From IMG/VR virus record IMGVR_UViG_3300046616_000188: a DNA stretch of 64,000 nt; one strand, 5' to 3'. Source of the stretch: a virus. The position numbers and the translations under genes are program-made. Under the pieces are notes generated by a model. The model worked only from the letters and a program-made list of their open reading frames with translations. It had not been told where the DNA came from and made no database searches. Below, in pieces: positions 26,553 through 36,232 of the stretch. Every line of letters starts with the position of its first letter. The stretch's first letter is position 1.

Positions 26553-27302
26553 ATGGTACACCAATCTACAGGAGAATTCTGGCACGGAGATTGTCTAGAA
26601 TTAATGAAAGATATTCCAGATGGCTCGATAGATATGATCTTGTGTGATCTTCCGTATGGTACAACTCAAAATAAATGGGACGCGGTCATTCCTTTTGAAC
26701 CTTTATGGAAGCAATATTGGCGAGTGTGTAAACCAACAGCTATGATTGCTCTAACCGCAAGTCAACCTTTTACCAGTGCTTTAGTTATGTCTCAGCCAAA
26801 GTTTTTTAAACACGAATGGATTTGGATAAAAAATAGAGGAAGTAATTTTGCCAATACTGTTAGAGAACCAATGAAAGAGCATGAAAGCGTTCTAATGTTC
26901 TCTAAGGGAAAGTGGGTTTACAACAAACAGATGCAGCCAAGAACAGGTGGTGGTTTAGACATGGTGGGGGCGGTGAAGAAGGATAAAGGCGGCAAAACAG
27001 ATAATTTCGGTAAGTTTGAAGGTATAGATATCACCCTGTCTGAATTAAGGGTTCCATCATCTTGGCAAAAATTTAATTGCGAGGTGGGGATTCACCCGAC
27101 ACAAAAGCCCGTCCCTTTGTTCGAGTATTTAATTAAAACTTACACGAACGAGGGTGAAACGGTTCTTGATAATACCGCTGGGTCGGGAACTACAGCTATA
27201 GCCGCGATCAATACAAACCGAAATTGGATTTGTATTGAGAAAGATGAAAAATATTACAATAGCGCTTGTGATAGAATCGAAAACCATAAGAAGAAAAAAT
27301 GA
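26553..27302 (+). CDS. DNA methyltransferase, beta class (m6A/m4C)
   Basis: GDCLELM, DLPYG motif IV, HPTQKP, VLDNTAGSGTT motif I. Confidence 0.9.
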   Translation: MVHQSTGEFWHGDCLELMKDIPDGSIDMILCDLPYGTTQNKWDAVIPFEPLWKQYWRVCKPTAMIALTASQPFTSALVMSQPKFFKHEWIWIKNRGSNFANTVREPMKEHESVLMFSKGKWVYNKQMQPRTGGGLDMVGAVKKDKGGKTDNFGKFEGIDITLSELRVPSSWQKFNCEVGIHPTQKPVPLFEYLIKTYTNEGETVLDNTAGSGTTAIAAINTNRNWICIEKDEKYYNSACDRIENHKKKK

Positions 27303-29392
27303 AACTTAGAACAGCTTTATTCGACATTGAAGGCGATGGCCTCCTAAACAGCAAGTTCGTGAAGCACGAAGACGTTTTGGTTGAAATTCCAGCCATGACA
27401 AAGATTCACTGTCTCTGCATCACTGAATTTGAAACTGGACGTAAATTTAAATTTGTAGGCCGGGAAGAAATTGAAAAAGGAGTCCGCCTCCTTGAAGACG
27501 CTGAAATGGTCGTGGGTCATAACATTCTAGACTTCGACTTGCGCGCCATTGCTAGAGTTTTTCCTTGGTTCGAATTTACCGGTAGGGTGCGTGACACTCT
27601 TGTCATGACACGTCTGATGTTTTCGCATCAGAAGGAACTAGATTTCCGTCTCCACGAGCGAGACAGGCTTCCGTCTAAATTCATTGGCCGTCACAGCCTC
27701 GACAGTTGGGGCTATAGAATCGGCAAATGGAAAGGTGACTATTCGGAACAGAAAGAAAAAGAAGCAAAGGCTCTTGGCATTACTGATCCACTAGGAATCC
27801 ACCTCCATGTATGGGGCACTTACAATGAAGAGATGGGCGAATACTGCGAAAACGACGTTGACGTTACGGAAGAGCTTTGGAAGATGCTATTGGAGCAGAA
27901 CTATCCAGAATTCCCAATCGTGTTTGAACATCAAATCGCGGATCGTCTGATCCAGCAAGAAGATAATGGATTCCCTTTTAACACTGAAGCCGCTGACAAA
28001 CTCAGACTAGAGCTTGAAGAATACCGCGAAAATATCAGGGTAGAGTGTGAGACAAAATTCCCCGGCAGGATGGAAGCGCAAAAGTATACCACATACGGTA
28101 AGCTACGCGAAGAATATAATGCAGTGGATTGGGACACGGTTAATAATTTAGAACTGGAAGACGCGGTCTACGAAATGCTGGCGAATTATCCTAGCGATAA
28201 AGAAACGCCGCAGATTATGATTCCCAAAAGAACTATTAGATACAAAGACATAGCTAAGGGCGATAGGACCGCTGGTGCGCCATATACGCCAGTCTTCTAT
28301 AAGGATTTCAATGCAGGCTCGCGCCAGCAAGTCGCGGAACGTCTCATTGAACTTGGATGGAGACCTGAAGAATTTACCGAAACGGGTCAGCCACAGGTAA
28401 ACGAAGTTACGCTAAAGAACGCGGCGGATAATATTCCAATCGCAAAATCTCTGGCTGATTATTTCGGGGTGCAGAAAACCTTGGGACAGCTTGCAGAGGG
28501 CGATAACGGTTGGCTCAAGCTTGTCACTGGCGAGAATAAAATCCATCACCACGTCAATCCTTGTGGCGCTGTAACGGGTCGTTGTACCCACGCCAATCCT
28601 AATCTAGGTCAAGTACCCTCTATCTCGAAAAATAAGGATAAGCAAATCCTTATGGGCCGAGACGGCGGTTGGGGTTTTGAATGCCGCTCATTGTTCCACG
28701 TTCTGCCTCCCTTCGTAATGATGGGAAGTGACTTGAGTGGTATCGAGCTTCGTTGCTTGGCCCACTACATGGCTGAATTTGATGACGGTGAATATGGCCG
28801 CGAACTGCTTGAAGGCGATATCCACACCGTTAATCAGATGGCAGCTGGACTAGAAACCCGCGAGCAAGCCAAAACTTTCATATACGCCACGTTGTATGGG
28901 GCCGGTCCTGCAAAGATAGGTAGTATTGTTCTACCCTTCGCATCTGAGGCAGAGCAAACCCGCGTGGGTAAAGAACTTCTAGATCGATTCCTTCGCAACA
29001 TGCCAGCGCTAAAGAAGCTGATGAAAAAGCTTAAGGCTGAAGCAAGACGTGGATTTATCGAAGGCATTGATGGCCGTCGTCTCTATATCAGGGCGCAGCA
29101 CGCAGCACTCAATACCTTGCTTCAAAACGCTGGTGCCATGCTAGCTAAGAAATGGTATCTCCTGTTTGAGGAATTCATGGAGAATCGCGGATACGTTCAT
29201 TCGTGGGAACAAGACTTCGCCATGATGGCTTTCGTTCATGACGAAATTCAGGTCGCAGTATTGGAAGAGATTGCACAAATTGCTGGTGAAACTTCGGTTG
29301 AAGCCGCCGCTGCATCTGGCGATTTCTTTAAATTCAAATTGCCTGTCGCGGCTGAGTTTAAAATCGGAACGAATTGGGCACTTACGCACTGA
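27299..29392 (+). CDS. polA: Family A DNA polymerase, T7-like, with 3'-5' exonuclease
   Basis: FDIE, GHNILDFD, TGRCTHANPNL, DLSGIELRCLAH, AKTFIYATLYG, VHDE. Confidence 0.95.
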   Translation: MKLRTALFDIEGDGLLNSKFVKHEDVLVEIPAMTKIHCLCITEFETGRKFKFVGREEIEKGVRLLEDAEMVVGHNILDFDLRAIARVFPWFEFTGRVRDTLVMTRLMFSHQKELDFRLHERDRLPSKFIGRHSLDSWGYRIGKWKGDYSEQKEKEAKALGITDPLGIHLHVWGTYNEEMGEYCENDVDVTEELWKMLLEQNYPEFPIVFEHQIADRLIQQEDNGFPFNTEAADKLRLELEEYRENIRVECETKFPGRMEAQKYTTYGKLREEYNAVDWDTVNNLELEDAVYEMLANYPSDKETPQIMIPKRTIRYKDIAKGDRTAGAPYTPVFYKDFNAGSRQQVAERLIELGWRPEEFTETGQPQVNEVTLKNAADNIPIAKSLADYFGVQKTLGQLAEGDNGWLKLVTGENKIHHHVNPCGAVTGRCTHANPNLGQVPSISKNKDKQILMGRDGGWGFECRSLFHVLPPFVMMGSDLSGIELRCLAHYMAEFDDGEYGRELLEGDIHTVNQMAAGLETREQAKTFIYATLYGAGPAKIGSIVLPFASEAEQTRVGKELLDRFLRNMPALKKLMKKLKAEARRGFIEGIDGRRLYIRAQHAALNTLLQNAGAMLAKKWYLLFEEFMENRGYVHSWEQDFAMMAFVHDEIQVAVLEEIAQIAGETSVEAAAASGDFFKFKLPVAAEFKIGTNWALTH

Positions 29393-29426
29393 CCTGTGAG
29401 AAAAATAAAAATTAAGAGATTTTCTC

Positions 29427-29456
29427 CTTGACTTTTGAAAATCATTATGGTATTAT
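29427..29456 (+). promoter_or_regulatory. sigma70-like promoter
   Basis: (C)TTGACT-N17-TATTAT. Confidence 0.7.
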
Positions 29457-29495
29457 CCTCACATAATAACAAAAGTAAAAATTAGAAACTGACAA

Positions 29496-29711
29496 ATGAT
29501 TGCATATATTTTAATTTCAATTGCCGTCCTGTTCGTGATGCTGAGCTATTATATCCTCATCGTACTAGCAGTGAAAAACGGCCTCCTACTCTTCATGTCA
29601 TCTCTGGCCGAAACGCCCAAGCAAGACGCTGATATCGAGACGGAATTCACTACCGTCATCACAGCTGAAGAGTCTATTAAAATTCTACGCAACATGCGTG
29701 GAGAACAATAA
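29496..29711 (+). CDS. Hypothetical membrane protein
   Basis: Hydrophobic N-terminal half. Confidence 0.5.
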   Translation: MIAYILISIAVLFVMLSYYILIVLAVKNGLLLFMSSLAETPKQDADIETEFTTVITAEESIKILRNMRGEQ

Positions 29712-30304
29712 TGAAATATTTAGTATTTGATACCGAAACCACTGGAATGGTTCAGTGGAAGCTGCCTCCTACTGACCCTAACCAGCCTAAGCTGGTCCAG
29801 ATCGGTTGCCTCCTTTTTGACTCACATCATAACGAAATCGCCGCACTAAAAACTCTTGTGGTTCCCCTCGCATCAATTGAACCGAAGGCCCAAGAAACTC
29901 ACGGCATCTCGTTTGAAACGGCTCAAGAGCTTGGCGTTTCCAACAATAATGTTTTAGAAGTTTTTTGTGACTTTGTCGATATTGCCGATGTCGTTGTGGC
30001 TCATAATTCAGCCTTCGACGTTAAAGTTATGCGCCATGCCGCACATAACGCAAAGATTGAAACAGACATTTTTGCTGGTAAAGAAATCCGCTGTACCAAA
30101 GAAGCTACTACCAAAATTCTCAGAATCCCTAATCCAAAAATTCGTGGTCAATATAAGTGGCCCTCTCTGCAAGAATGCATGACCTACTTTTTTAAAGAAA
30201 GTATCGAGGGGGCTCACGACGCCATGGTTGACGTTAGGGCTTGCGCCAGAGTTTATCAGAACCTAGTCGATAATTTCGAACCAAGAGAATTAAAATGGCA
30301 GTAG
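29711..30304 (+). CDS. DEDDh 3'-5' exonuclease (Pol III epsilon-like)
   Basis: FDTETTG, HNSAFD, AHDAMVD. Confidence 0.9.
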   Translation: MKYLVFDTETTGMVQWKLPPTDPNQPKLVQIGCLLFDSHHNEIAALKTLVVPLASIEPKAQETHGISFETAQELGVSNNNVLEVFCDFVDIADVVVAHNSAFDVKVMRHAAHNAKIETDIFAGKEIRCTKEATTKILRIPNPKIRGQYKWPSLQECMTYFFKESIEGAHDAMVDVRACARVYQNLVDNFEPRELKWQ

Positions 30305-31386
30305 ACGATTCCAAAATCCTAGATTTCGATAAAATCTTTAATAACTATATGGCTCATGAGAGCAAGCAGAAGAAGTGGATGTACGACCGTAACCTTTCAA
30401 TGGGTGCGTCTGAAGCTTTTGACTGTCTCAGAAAAGCTTTCTTTAAGAAGAAGGGTTTCGATCAAGACTCTGATTATTCTCAGTCTTGGGGCGCGATGGA
30501 ACGCGGTAACATGATCGAAGATCATTACGTTGTTCCAGCCCTTGAACTTGGACTACCTGAAGGTATCGATCTAATCGGCGCGGGTCAGCAGGATCAAACA
30601 ACTTTCTTGGACGAAGAAAATCGTCTCAGCGCTACACCAGACGGACTTCTTGCTGGTCTTCCGCGTAACGCTCTAAGTAATTATGGTATTGAGGATATTG
30701 AAAGTGACTGTATCACGGTCGAAGTCAAGTCAATCGATCCTCGCGTTTCTCTCACGGAAGAGAAGGCTATCCACCGTGGACAGGTAAATATTCAGATCGG
30801 CCTCATTCGTGATCAGACAGATTTCAAGCCTCGCTACGGCGTCATTCTATACGTAGACGCTTCGTTCCTCGATAACATTACACCGTTCGTTATCCGTTTC
30901 GATGAAAAGACTTACGCTGCGGCTCAGGCCCGTTCTAGGAAAATGTTTGCCGCGAAAGAACCTTCTGATCTACCAGCTGAAGGCAAAGTAACAGGGGCTT
31001 GCAAGCTCTGCCCATGGGCCAAGCGTTGCAACGGTCTCAATCTCGCTGCTGTGCCGCAAGAGTCGTTCGATAAGACAGCCCTTGATAAAGATCGCGCCAT
31101 CATGGCTAAGCTCGTAGAAGACGAGCAAGAAGCAAAAGAGCGCAAGAAGCTGGCCGAAATGGATGAAGAACGCATCCGCGTCGAGATGAAAGAATTCCTA
31201 AAGAAGCTTGGTACAAAAAATCTCAAAGCAACTGATGGTTCTTGGGGCGTTACATATTCTACTCAGAAGGGCCGCACCGGTCTTGATAAAGAAAAAATGA
31301 TTGAGGATGGCATTGACTTATCGCTCTACGAAAAAGAAGGCGAAGGTTTTGAAGTTCTTAGAGTTACAACGAAGAAGATTAAGTAA
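30295..31386 (+). CDS. PD-(D/E)xK Cas4-like exonuclease
   Basis: ASEAFDCLR, ATPDG, EVKS, Q...Q, CKLCPWAKRC. Confidence 0.8.
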   Translation: MAVDDSKILDFDKIFNNYMAHESKQKKWMYDRNLSMGASEAFDCLRKAFFKKKGFDQDSDYSQSWGAMERGNMIEDHYVVPALELGLPEGIDLIGAGQQDQTTFLDEENRLSATPDGLLAGLPRNALSNYGIEDIESDCITVEVKSIDPRVSLTEEKAIHRGQVNIQIGLIRDQTDFKPRYGVILYVDASFLDNITPFVIRFDEKTYAAAQARSRKMFAAKEPSDLPAEGKVTGACKLCPWAKRCNGLNLAAVPQESFDKTALDKDRAIMAKLVEDEQEAKERKKLAEMDEERIRVEMKEFLKKLGTKNLKATDGSWGVTYSTQKGRTGLDKEKMIEDGIDLSLYEKEGEGFEVLRVTTKKIK

Positions 31387-31613
31387 TGGCAAAATTCAAC
31401 GAAGACGTAATCGTTCGGATCATGGAAAAACTAACTGTGACATTGTTCGAAACGGCAAACGCAGTGCTAACTGAGGTCGCTAATGATCCTAGCATTGGTA
31501 AAGATGATTATGACGCGGCTCTGTTTCTAACATATGACGCGTATTACAAGGGAATCATTGAAGAGCTTGATCCTGAATTCGTCAAAGAAGCGCTAGCTCT
31601 GCTCGATGATTAA
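31386..31613 (+). CDS. Hypothetical protein
   Basis: TAATG-coupled ORF. Confidence 0.55.
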   Translation: MAKFNEDVIVRIMEKLTVTLFETANAVLTEVANDPSIGKDDYDAALFLTYDAYYKGIIEELDPEFVKEALALLDD

Positions 31614-31615
31614 TT

Positions 31616-31717
31616 AAATTTCCCTACTCGTCTCTAGGGGATTTTAAAATAAGAAAAATGTAGAGACACAAACTAAGAACCAAGAAAACAGAAAACTAAG
31701 AAACGAGAAAATATAAC
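31616..31717 (+). promoter_or_regulatory. Candidate pseudoknot plus unstructured A-rich leader
   Basis: Stem TTCCCTA/TAGGGGA; loop GTCTC pairs with GAGAC (31663-67); then five AGAA-ending repeats. Confidence 0.5.
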
Positions 31718-32506
31718 ATGGCAAATGAAGTAGCAACCCGTAATAACACCGCAGTCTCAACACCGGCTTCAGGGAATCCGTTCCTCAACGCTGCATCTTC
31801 ACTCGGTGGCGGTAATGAAGGTCTTACCTTCCTCGCATTCTCTGGCAAGACCGGCGATTACACTTACGGTGCTGACAAGGAAGAACTAGACGACGGCTGG
31901 GAAGGCGCAGTTAATATGAATTCTGCTAAGCAGGGCCATATTTGCTGGAAAGATTCCGAAGTCGTTGGCGAAGATATGACACGCATTCTCGACGGCAATC
32001 CTACGCCGAAGAGCCAGCTTAAAGATCATGGTCCTTACGATGACGATGATGATGGTTGGCAGCAGCAGATTAGCTTTGAGGCAGTTGTTGTCTCTGGTGG
32101 TGGCGATGCAGAAGGCGAACAGATGCTGTTTAAGAACAGTTCTAAGTCCGGCCTTCGTGCCTTCGGTAATCTCCTTTCCGCTTACGGCAAGGCGATCCAG
32201 AAGGGTCAGAACATCGGTGATGACGGTGAAGAGCTTTTCCCTGTAGTTAAGTTTGAAGCTACAGAATTCACGCCAAAGGGCGCGAAGAAGAAGGAAAAGG
32301 CTTACGCTCCGAAGTTCACTATCACTGACTGGATCAGCGAAGCGGCTCTTGAAGAGCAGTTCGGTGGCGCGGACGATCCTGAGAATTACGAAGATGAAGA
32401 CGATTCATCCGAGGCTGCTCAGGCAGAAGTCAAGGAAGAAAAGGTAGCTGAAAAGGCTAAAGCCGAAGAAGCTCCTGCTACTGGTGGTCGTCGCCGTCGT
32501 TTCTAA
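31718..32506 (+). CDS. Putative single-stranded DNA-binding protein
   Basis: Between exonuclease and helicase; aromatic-rich core, long acidic tail, terminal Phe. Confidence 0.5.
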   Translation: MANEVATRNNTAVSTPASGNPFLNAASSLGGGNEGLTFLAFSGKTGDYTYGADKEELDDGWEGAVNMNSAKQGHICWKDSEVVGEDMTRILDGNPTPKSQLKDHGPYDDDDDGWQQQISFEAVVVSGGGDAEGEQMLFKNSSKSGLRAFGNLLSAYGKAIQKGQNIGDDGEELFPVVKFEATEFTPKGAKKKEKAYAPKFTITDWISEAALEEQFGGADDPENYEDEDDSSEAAQAEVKEEKVAEKAKAEEAPATGGRRRRF

Positions 32507-32535
32507 GAATTAAAAACTTAGAAAATACGAATAAT

Positions 32536-32559
32536 AAAAGGGCTATTTTGAGCCCTTTT
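32536..32559 (+). terminator. Rho-independent terminator
   Basis: AAAAGGGCT-N6-AGCCCTTTT. Confidence 0.7.
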
Positions 32560-32582
32560 ATTTATGACTTAAGGAGATTGCA

Positions 32583-33917
32583 ATGTCAATTACTTTAACT
32601 GATCACCAAAACGACGCTGTTAAAAAAGTTGTGACTTGGTTTAAAAAGGCACAAACCGAAGAAGACCCGGATCACTGCTACCTAGGCGGTTTCGCCGGAA
32701 GCGGTAAAACGGCTATTCTGCCTTTTATCGTTGAGGCTTGCGGTCTAACTACCAGTGAAGTGTTTGTAGTCACCCCTACGGGGAAGGCTGCTCGTGTCGC
32801 GGGCAAGAAGCTACGTGATGCGGGCGTCGATATCATACCTACTACGATCCACTCAGCGATCTATCGCCCCAAAGCGTTGAAAGCTGAAGTTTTAGAATAT
32901 AAAATTGCTGACTTGGGTCGTGCCTTAAGCTCAGCCGCTGAATTCAGCGCTCCAGATGTTTTTTACGAAGGTAAAAAGTACAGCATCAAAGACGCTCAGA
33001 GAACTTTAAAACTTTTAAACGAAGATTTGGATAAGGCTTACATCAGCACTGATGGTCCGACATGGCACCTTAACACGGAAAGCTCTATCAGAGAAGCGTC
33101 TCTCATTATCGTTGACGAAGCATCTATGGTTGGCGAGCTTATCGCTAACGATCTTCATTCATTCGGTATTCCAATTCTAGCCATTGGCGATCCGGGGCAG
33201 CTGCCTCCTGTAAAAGATAGTCATGGGCTCTGCATCGGCAAGCCTCACGTTTTCCTAACTGAGATTCACCGTCAAGCCAAGGATAATCCTATTATCGCTT
33301 TGGCCACGCATATCAGAGAAGGTGGAGAATTGGAAGTTGGCAAATGGGGCGACTGTGTCGATATCGTGAGACGACGTGACGATGAAGATACTCTCGACAT
33401 GGATAAAGAAGTCCAAGTCATTTGTGGCACGAATACAACACGTTGGAAGCTGACAAAGAAAATCCGCAAAGCAGCAGGGTACGATCTTGTTGGCCCGATG
33501 GCTGGCGAACCTCTTATCATGCGTAAAAATTCAAGAGTTGCTAAAGAACTTGTCAATGGCATGTTCCTTACAAATAATAAAGATTACGAATTGGTTGAGG
33601 GTCGTGCCACGTTCTACATGAATGCGACGGATGAAGATGGCGTGGTCAGAAATATCACGGTGTGCCAAGCTCTGTTTGAGGAGCATTACGGAAAGCAAGC
33701 CGGATATTTTACCGGTGAGAAAAAAGAAGTTTTTGAAGCCAAAAAGAAACATCACCTTGTCGATTGGGGCCATGTCATTACGGGCCATCTCAGTCAGGGA
33801 TCGCAGTGGAACCACGTAGTGGTACATGACGAAGGTTATGTCTTCAAAGACGACATGGATAAGTGGCGCTATACCGCCGTTACTCGTGCCGCAGAAAAAC
33901 TTACAGTGGTAATTTAA
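32583..33917 (+). CDS. SF1B helicase (RecD/Dda-like)
   Basis: GFAGSGKT, TPTGKAA, TIHS, DEASM, GDPGQLPP, HRQ, SQGSQW, YTAVTRA. Confidence 0.9.
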   Translation: MSITLTDHQNDAVKKVVTWFKKAQTEEDPDHCYLGGFAGSGKTAILPFIVEACGLTTSEVFVVTPTGKAARVAGKKLRDAGVDIIPTTIHSAIYRPKALKAEVLEYKIADLGRALSSAAEFSAPDVFYEGKKYSIKDAQRTLKLLNEDLDKAYISTDGPTWHLNTESSIREASLIIVDEASMVGELIANDLHSFGIPILAIGDPGQLPPVKDSHGLCIGKPHVFLTEIHRQAKDNPIIALATHIREGGELEVGKWGDCVDIVRRRDDEDTLDMDKEVQVICGTNTTRWKLTKKIRKAAGYDLVGPMAGEPLIMRKNSRVAKELVNGMFLTNNKDYELVEGRATFYMNATDEDGVVRNITVCQALFEEHYGKQAGYFTGEKKEVFEAKKKHHLVDWGHVITGHLSQGSQWNHVVVHDEGYVFKDDMDKWRYTAVTRAAEKLTVVI

Positions 33918-34507
33918 TGGCAGAAAAAAAGTTTAAACTAGTAAAAAACCGCATCGTAGGTTTTTGCGGATATAAACGCTCAGGAAAAGGGATATGTGCT
34001 GAAGCTCTGGCTGGCATGAAATATGTAGATGTCCCTTTTGCTGGCGGACTTAAAGCAATGCTCACGGCTTGGTTGGAATATAACGGCGTGACTGACACAT
34101 CTCTTTATACCGACGATTGGTACAAGGATCATAAGAGTCGTTATTTCAATAATAAGGAATTTCGTTACGCCATGCAAACTCTCGGCACGGAATGGGGCCG
34201 GAATATTATGGGGAAGCAGTTCTGGATCGAAGGTTGGGAAAGAAGAATTGCCGGTATGAGCCGTGTCGCTGTCAGCGATGTGCGTTTCCCTGATGAAGTT
34301 GACGCTATTAGAGAAAAGAACGGGATTGTCATTAAAGTTAGACGACCTTCGTTTCGTAACCTCGATACCCATGAATCTGAAACTAATATGGAATCTTTAA
34401 AATGTGACTACGAAATCGTCAACATCGATATTGAAGACACACAGAACCAAGTTAGAGAAATTGTAGATAATCATTTTAAAGGCAAAGGAAACTTCATTCG
34501 TGACTAA
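33917..34507 (+). CDS. Deoxynucleoside monophosphate kinase
   Basis: GFCGYKRSGK, MQTLGTEWGR, SDVRFPDE. Confidence 0.85.
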   Translation: MAEKKFKLVKNRIVGFCGYKRSGKGICAEALAGMKYVDVPFAGGLKAMLTAWLEYNGVTDTSLYTDDWYKDHKSRYFNNKEFRYAMQTLGTEWGRNIMGKQFWIEGWERRIAGMSRVAVSDVRFPDEVDAIREKNGIVIKVRRPSFRNLDTHESETNMESLKCDYEIVNIDIEDTQNQVREIVDNHFKGKGNFIRD

Positions 34508-35360
34508 ATTTATTTTTGAACCAACGGTCCACGTCGTGGCGGAAACCAAAATCAATTGGGAAGGTCTTCAGGCGTGGGCCGATGATCATGGCCTTACCGA
34601 AGTGCTTGGCGATAATGGTACTCCGCTGGGCGTGTTGTGGCAAGACCTTTACCACGATGAGAAAGATGTGTCGCTCGACGCGCTTCCCGAATTCGCTGGC
34701 CGTCATTGTTACAGATCGTTCTCGAAAGGTAGAAAACGTGAAGATTACATTAAAAACATTATTGATATGGAACATGGCTCTGTTCTGGAACATTCAAATA
34801 TTAGCTTTGCCATTTCTGGTGTTAGTCGAAGCCTCACTCATGAACTGATCCGCCACAGGGCCGGTGCTGCGCCGTCTCAGGAGAGTCAGAGATACGTAGA
34901 CGCTCAAGACGTTAATTTCGTTGTGCCTCCTCTGATCCGAAGCTTATCAAATCCTGACAGTGCCAAAACGGTTTATGACGCATTCGAAAATAGCTGCATC
35001 TTTGCCTTGAACGATTATAAAAGCCTAATCGCCCAAATGGAATCTCTTACAACTTCCGGCGACGGTTCTGAACTAGGCGTAAAACTCGCTACGATGCGCA
35101 AGAAGCGAATCCTTGAAGCGGCACGCTCTGTCCTACCAAATGCGGCTGAAACGCGCCTGACGTGGACCATGAACATGAGAGCGGCACGTCACGTCTGCGC
35201 CCTACGCGGCGGGGAAGGGGCTGATCTAGAAATCAGGGCTCTCGCCATCGCCATGTTGAAACAGCTTAAAGATCGTGCCCCTATTATTTTCAGCGACTTT
35301 ACCATCTATACCGCTGATGATGGTTTCGACGCGGTGCATTGTGAAAAGCCAAAGGTATGA
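34500..35360 (+). CDS. thyX: Flavin-dependent thymidylate synthase
   Basis: HGSVLEH, THELIRHR...SQESQRY. Confidence 0.95.
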   Translation: MTKFIFEPTVHVVAETKINWEGLQAWADDHGLTEVLGDNGTPLGVLWQDLYHDEKDVSLDALPEFAGRHCYRSFSKGRKREDYIKNIIDMEHGSVLEHSNISFAISGVSRSLTHELIRHRAGAAPSQESQRYVDAQDVNFVVPPLIRSLSNPDSAKTVYDAFENSCIFALNDYKSLIAQMESLTTSGDGSELGVKLATMRKKRILEAARSVLPNAAETRLTWTMNMRAARHVCALRGGEGADLEIRALAIAMLKQLKDRAPIIFSDFTIYTADDGFDAVHCEKPKV

Positions 35361-35602
35361 CATACGCTGAGTTAGAAGAATTCGACACAAGTTCTTATTG
35401 TACTATTCCAGCAATGTTTGATCATCAGTGGCATACGTCAATGCTTGATTTTCTGGAAGACGAACGTATTTTAAAATTTTATAAACACCCCTCCGGGGAG
35501 TTCGTCATAGAAGAACAGTGCGACAAAAATTTCGCTGTCCTATTCAATAGAGTGCAAATGTCTCAATTAATAAAAGAGTTACAGGAATTACTGGATGCTT
35601 AA
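35357..35602 (+). CDS. Hypothetical protein
   Basis: ATGA-coupled ORF. Confidence 0.55.
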   Translation: MTYAELEEFDTSSYCTIPAMFDHQWHTSMLDFLEDERILKFYKHPSGEFVIEEQCDKNFAVLFNRVQMSQLIKELQELLDA

Positions 35603-35801
35603 CATTAAAGAAATGGTTTCAGACGGAAAGCGCGTAAAGTTCAAATACTACCGGAGTGAAAACCTTTGGTACGAAACTGAAAATGGGTTTCTCTTCCCCG
35701 TACCGATCAGTGACATAGGAGATGCAACTTTCCTTGCCGAAGACAAGGCCATGCTCTTCATGCGATACATCCGACAATATCTTAAATTTTTAGAAAGTTA
35801 A
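35595..35801 (+). CDS. Conserved small phage protein
   Basis: LWYETENGFLFPVPISDIGDATF. Confidence 0.6.
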   Translation: MLNIKEMVSDGKRVKFKYYRSENLWYETENGFLFPVPISDIGDATFLAEDKAMLFMRYIRQYLKFLES

Positions 35802-35804
35802 ACA

Positions 35805-36041
35805 ATGTTTGCGAATATCAAAATTACAAATGGTGATAATGGCGTAGTCATCACAGAGACTACTTACGAATTCGAAAATGACGAAGAGCGTGCCGGTCCA
35901 GTTACCAACGCCGGGTTCTATGCCTACACCGTTGATTATCTGTTCAGGACCGGAAAGATTCAGGATTACACCGCTGAAGTGGAAGCTGAATTGAGAGGCC
36001 TTATCCCGGTGGCTGAGAATGAAGGGCTAAACATTGACTAA
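35805..36041 (+). CDS. Hypothetical protein
   Basis: 78-aa ORF. Confidence 0.55.
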   Translation: MFANIKITNGDNGVVITETTYEFENDEERAGPVTNAGFYAYTVDYLFRTGKIQDYTAEVEAELRGLIPVAENEGLNID

Positions 36042-36216
36042 GTACGGCAGAGAGATTGCAGCTGATTTGGCCGCGCTTGAAACTTTTTTGGCTACAACTG
36101 ACAAAGAAATCATCAGTGTCAATAGTTATAACAACGGTGGCTTTATCGTAGTTTATAAAGAATCTGATCCAGAAATGGAAGACTGGATCAGAAACATTCG
36201 TGTCGAACCAATTTAA
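36034..36216 (+). CDS. Hypothetical protein
   Basis: 60-aa ORF. Confidence 0.5.
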   Translation: MTKYGREIAADLAALETFLATTDKEIISVNSYNNGGFIVVYKESDPEMEDWIRNIRVEPI

Positions 36217-36232
36217 TAACGGAATAAATAAA

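Noticed and set aside
30295-31386. Cas4 as a sign of a CRISPR system
   Set aside because: Sits in a replication/recombination cluster with no cas genes or array; a typical phage exonuclease
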